Source of the DNA: an uncultured Planctomycetaceae bacterium
GTDB lineage: Bacteria; Planctomycetota; Planctomycetia; Isosphaerales; Isosphaeraceae
Direction: 5' to 3'
DNA length: 64,000 bases
Assembly: GCA_963833985.1 (NCBI GenBank)
Contig: CAWIAD010000002.1
Coordinates: 3,200,001 to 3,264,000 of the forward strand
Numbering within the stretch: position 1 is the first letter of the stretch; every line of letters starts with the position of its first letter. Position numbers and translations under genes: made by a program. This document shows, piece by piece, positions 61,858 through 64,000 of the stretch. The notes beneath the pieces are model-generated. The model searched no databases. It had not been told where the DNA came from and worked only from the letters and a program-made list of their open reading frames with translations.

Positions 61858-62243
61858 GATGGAGAATCCTGGGCACGAGACGGCGGGCGGCGCCGCGCGT
61901 GTCGTGAGTGGAGTAAGGCGAATGTCCTTCGTTGCCGTGAAGCCGGAAGGACGAGCCGGTCTGGCTCGACATGCCGGCTCCGGCGGCCCGGCACAAGAAA
62001 CGTCCCTGGAGGAGTGCGGATGGCGTTCCCTGGCGTGGATCCGCACGTGGCCGGTCGGGCCAACCCGACAGATCTGGCTTGCAAGTGCCGTTCCCTTGCT
62101 TTCCCGTGAAGGTTATGCGAACCCGCCCGGCGTTCCGACCGACGTCTTGTGACGGGAGGAGGGCTCGATTACCCTTGGCTCGTCGCCTCTCGTGCGATTC
62201 CTTCCCCACGTTCATCAAAAGTTCCATGAGCTGGAGAGACATC

Positions 62244-62828
62244 ATGAGCAAGCTTGGATTCGTTGCCGGTCTCGCCGTCGCGGCGTCACTGGTGGTCACG
62301 AGCCCCGCCATGGCGCAAGCCGCCAAGAAGAAGGCCCGGCAGCGCGTCAGCCCCCATGAGACCATCACGGCGACCATCGACGGCGACGAGCTGAAGCTGG
62401 TTTACGGCCGGCCCTACACCACGAAGCCCGGCACCACCGAGGCGCGGAAGATCTGGGGGAGCCTCGTCCCCTACGGCAAGGTCTGGCGCATGGGTGCCGA
62501 TGAGGCCACGCTGCTGACCACGAAGGAGCCCATCGAGATCGGCGGCTTCGCGCTGCCGGCCGGCACCTATTCGCTGTTCATGGTGCCGTCCGAGGACGGG
62601 ACCGCGAAACTGATCCTCAACAAGAAGACCGGCCAGTGGGGCGTGCCGTACAACGAGGGCTCGGAGAAAACCAACGAGCTGGCGCGAGTGGACCTCAAGA
62701 AGACGACCCTGGACAAGCCGGTCGAGCAGTACACCATGGCGATCGAGCCGGCGGGCGGGGGCGGGGGAGAGATCAAGATGATGTGGGAGAGCACGCAGTA
62801 TTCCGTCCCCTTCACGGTGAAGAAATAA
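62244..62828 (+). CDS. DUF2911-family exported protein
   Basis: GGAG RBS; signal peptide AMA-Q; RVSP..YGRP..RKIWGSLVPYGKVWRMGADEAT, LPAGTYSLF, GQWG. Confidence 0.9.
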   Translation: MSKLGFVAGLAVAASLVVTSPAMAQAAKKKARQRVSPHETITATIDGDELKLVYGRPYTTKPGTTEARKIWGSLVPYGKVWRMGADEATLLTTKEPIEIGGFALPAGTYSLFMVPSEDGTAKLILNKKTGQWGVPYNEGSEKTNELARVDLKKTTLDKPVEQYTMAIEPAGGGGGEIKMMWESTQYSVPFTVKK

Positions 62829-62925
62829 GGGGCCGGGTTGCTTGCCGGTGTCGCTTCCTTCTAGTGCGGCCAGCGCGGCGGGGTGAACGTGCGCGCTGGC
62901 CGTTTTCAAGACATGGAGACTTGCT

Positions 62926-64000
62926 ATGCCCTCTCCCGGTCGATCGCCTGGGCTGCGCCGGAACCTCTGCTGGATCGTCCTGGTGCTGTCGGCCGGCGTC
63001 CTCCAGGCCGGCGGACTGGCCGCGGCCCGGGCCGCCGATCCGAGCGCTGGCCAGACGGCCCTGCGCGAGCTGCGCGGATTTCGGGAGCTGGGCAGCGTGC
63101 TCTACGTGGCGGCCCATCCCGACGATGAGAACACCCAGCTCATCGCGGCGCTCGCCCGCGGACGCGGTTACCGCACGGCCTATCTCTCGCTCACCCGCGG
63201 CGACGGCGGCCAGAACGTGATCGGCCCGGAGCTTTTCGAGGAGCTCGGCGTGATTCGCACCCAGGAGCTGCTCGCCGCGCCGGCAGGACGGCGGCCAGCA
63301 GTTCTTCAGCCGCGCAATCGATTTCGGCTTCTCCAAGAGCCCGCAGGAAACCCTGCGGATCTGGAACCGCGCGGAGGTTGTGGCCGACATCGTGCGTGTC
63401 ATCCGGGCGTTCCGTCCGGACGTGGTGATCACGCGCTTCTCACCCCAGGGGGGTGGTCATGGCCACCACACCGCGTCCGCCATCCTGACCATCGAGGCCT
63501 TCCCGCTGGCGGGCGACCCCAGCGTGCTTCCCGGCGAGCCCGGGCTGGCTCCCTGGAAACCAAAGCGCCTCTTGCAGAACGGCGGCGGGTTCGGCGGCGG
63601 ACGTGGTGCCGGTGGAGGTAGGGCCGGCGGAGGCGGTGCGGCTACAGGCAGGGGTGGCGCGGGCGGAGCCGGCGCTGGTGCAGGCAGGGGTGGCGCGGCT
63701 TCCGGGACGAACTCGCTTCGCATCGAGATCGGCGGGAATGACCCGGTCAGCGGTGAGCCGCTTGCCGCCATCGCTGGCAAGAGCCGGTCGATGCACCGCA
63801 GCCAGGGTTTCGGCGGGTTCGGTGCTGGAGGCGGAGGCGGCGGCCCGCGCAGCGAGTCGTTCACGCTGCTGGCCGGTGAGCCCGCCAGCAAGGACATCCT
63901 GGATGGCGTCGAGACCACCTGGGCCCGGTTTCCAGGCGGTGCCGGAATCGCCCGGCTGGCCGATGAGGCGGTCACCCGGTTGGATCTGGACCATCCGGAG
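62926..64000 (+). CDS. PIG-L/LmbE-family deacetylase, truncated by the window edge; 2-nt frameshift near 63279
   Basis: [28 protein letters not shown]; shifted frame gives [36 protein letters not shown]. Confidence 0.9.

Noticed and set aside
10290..63285. Pseudogenes or programmed frameshifts at about 10295, 17782, 25424, 41715, 43180, 52858 and 63279
   Set aside because: Each is a 1-2 nt indel, mostly in short homopolymer or dinucleotide runs, in otherwise intact genes with no slippery heptamer. Long-read consensus error is the simplest explanation; read polishing would settle it.

Overview
GC-rich bacterial DNA, very likely a planctomycete (inferred from a DUF1559/H-X9-DG protein, four proteins with the N-terminal 'LExLExRxLLS' planctomycete extracellular motif, and a sulfatase). 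The best-supported unusual element is a minus-strand tRNA-Lys(UUU) split after U34 by a 326-nt ORF-less group I intron (7368-7693), with P, Q, R and S core motifs readable by eye. Other highlights: (1) a PurD with a gapless, degenerate 70-aa tandem duplication of its ATP-grasp lid domain; (2) a 16-kb doubled RND export locus (two permeases, two adaptors, two TolC-like proteins), with one adaptor carrying a 98-aa inserted domain; (3) a three-gene operon of a secreted Gly/Ser/His-repeat peptide, an SdpA/DUF5819-like protein and an HTTM (SdpB/VKGC-like) membrane enzyme, a candidate peptide-modification system; (4) a TolC plus two-domain multicopper oxidase cluster; (5) two REP/MITE repeat families and a probable RAYT remnant beside a VapBC module. 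About seven 1-2 nt frameshifts, mostly in short base runs, look like assembly errors rather than pseudogenes. All family assignments come from motif recognition, not database searches.
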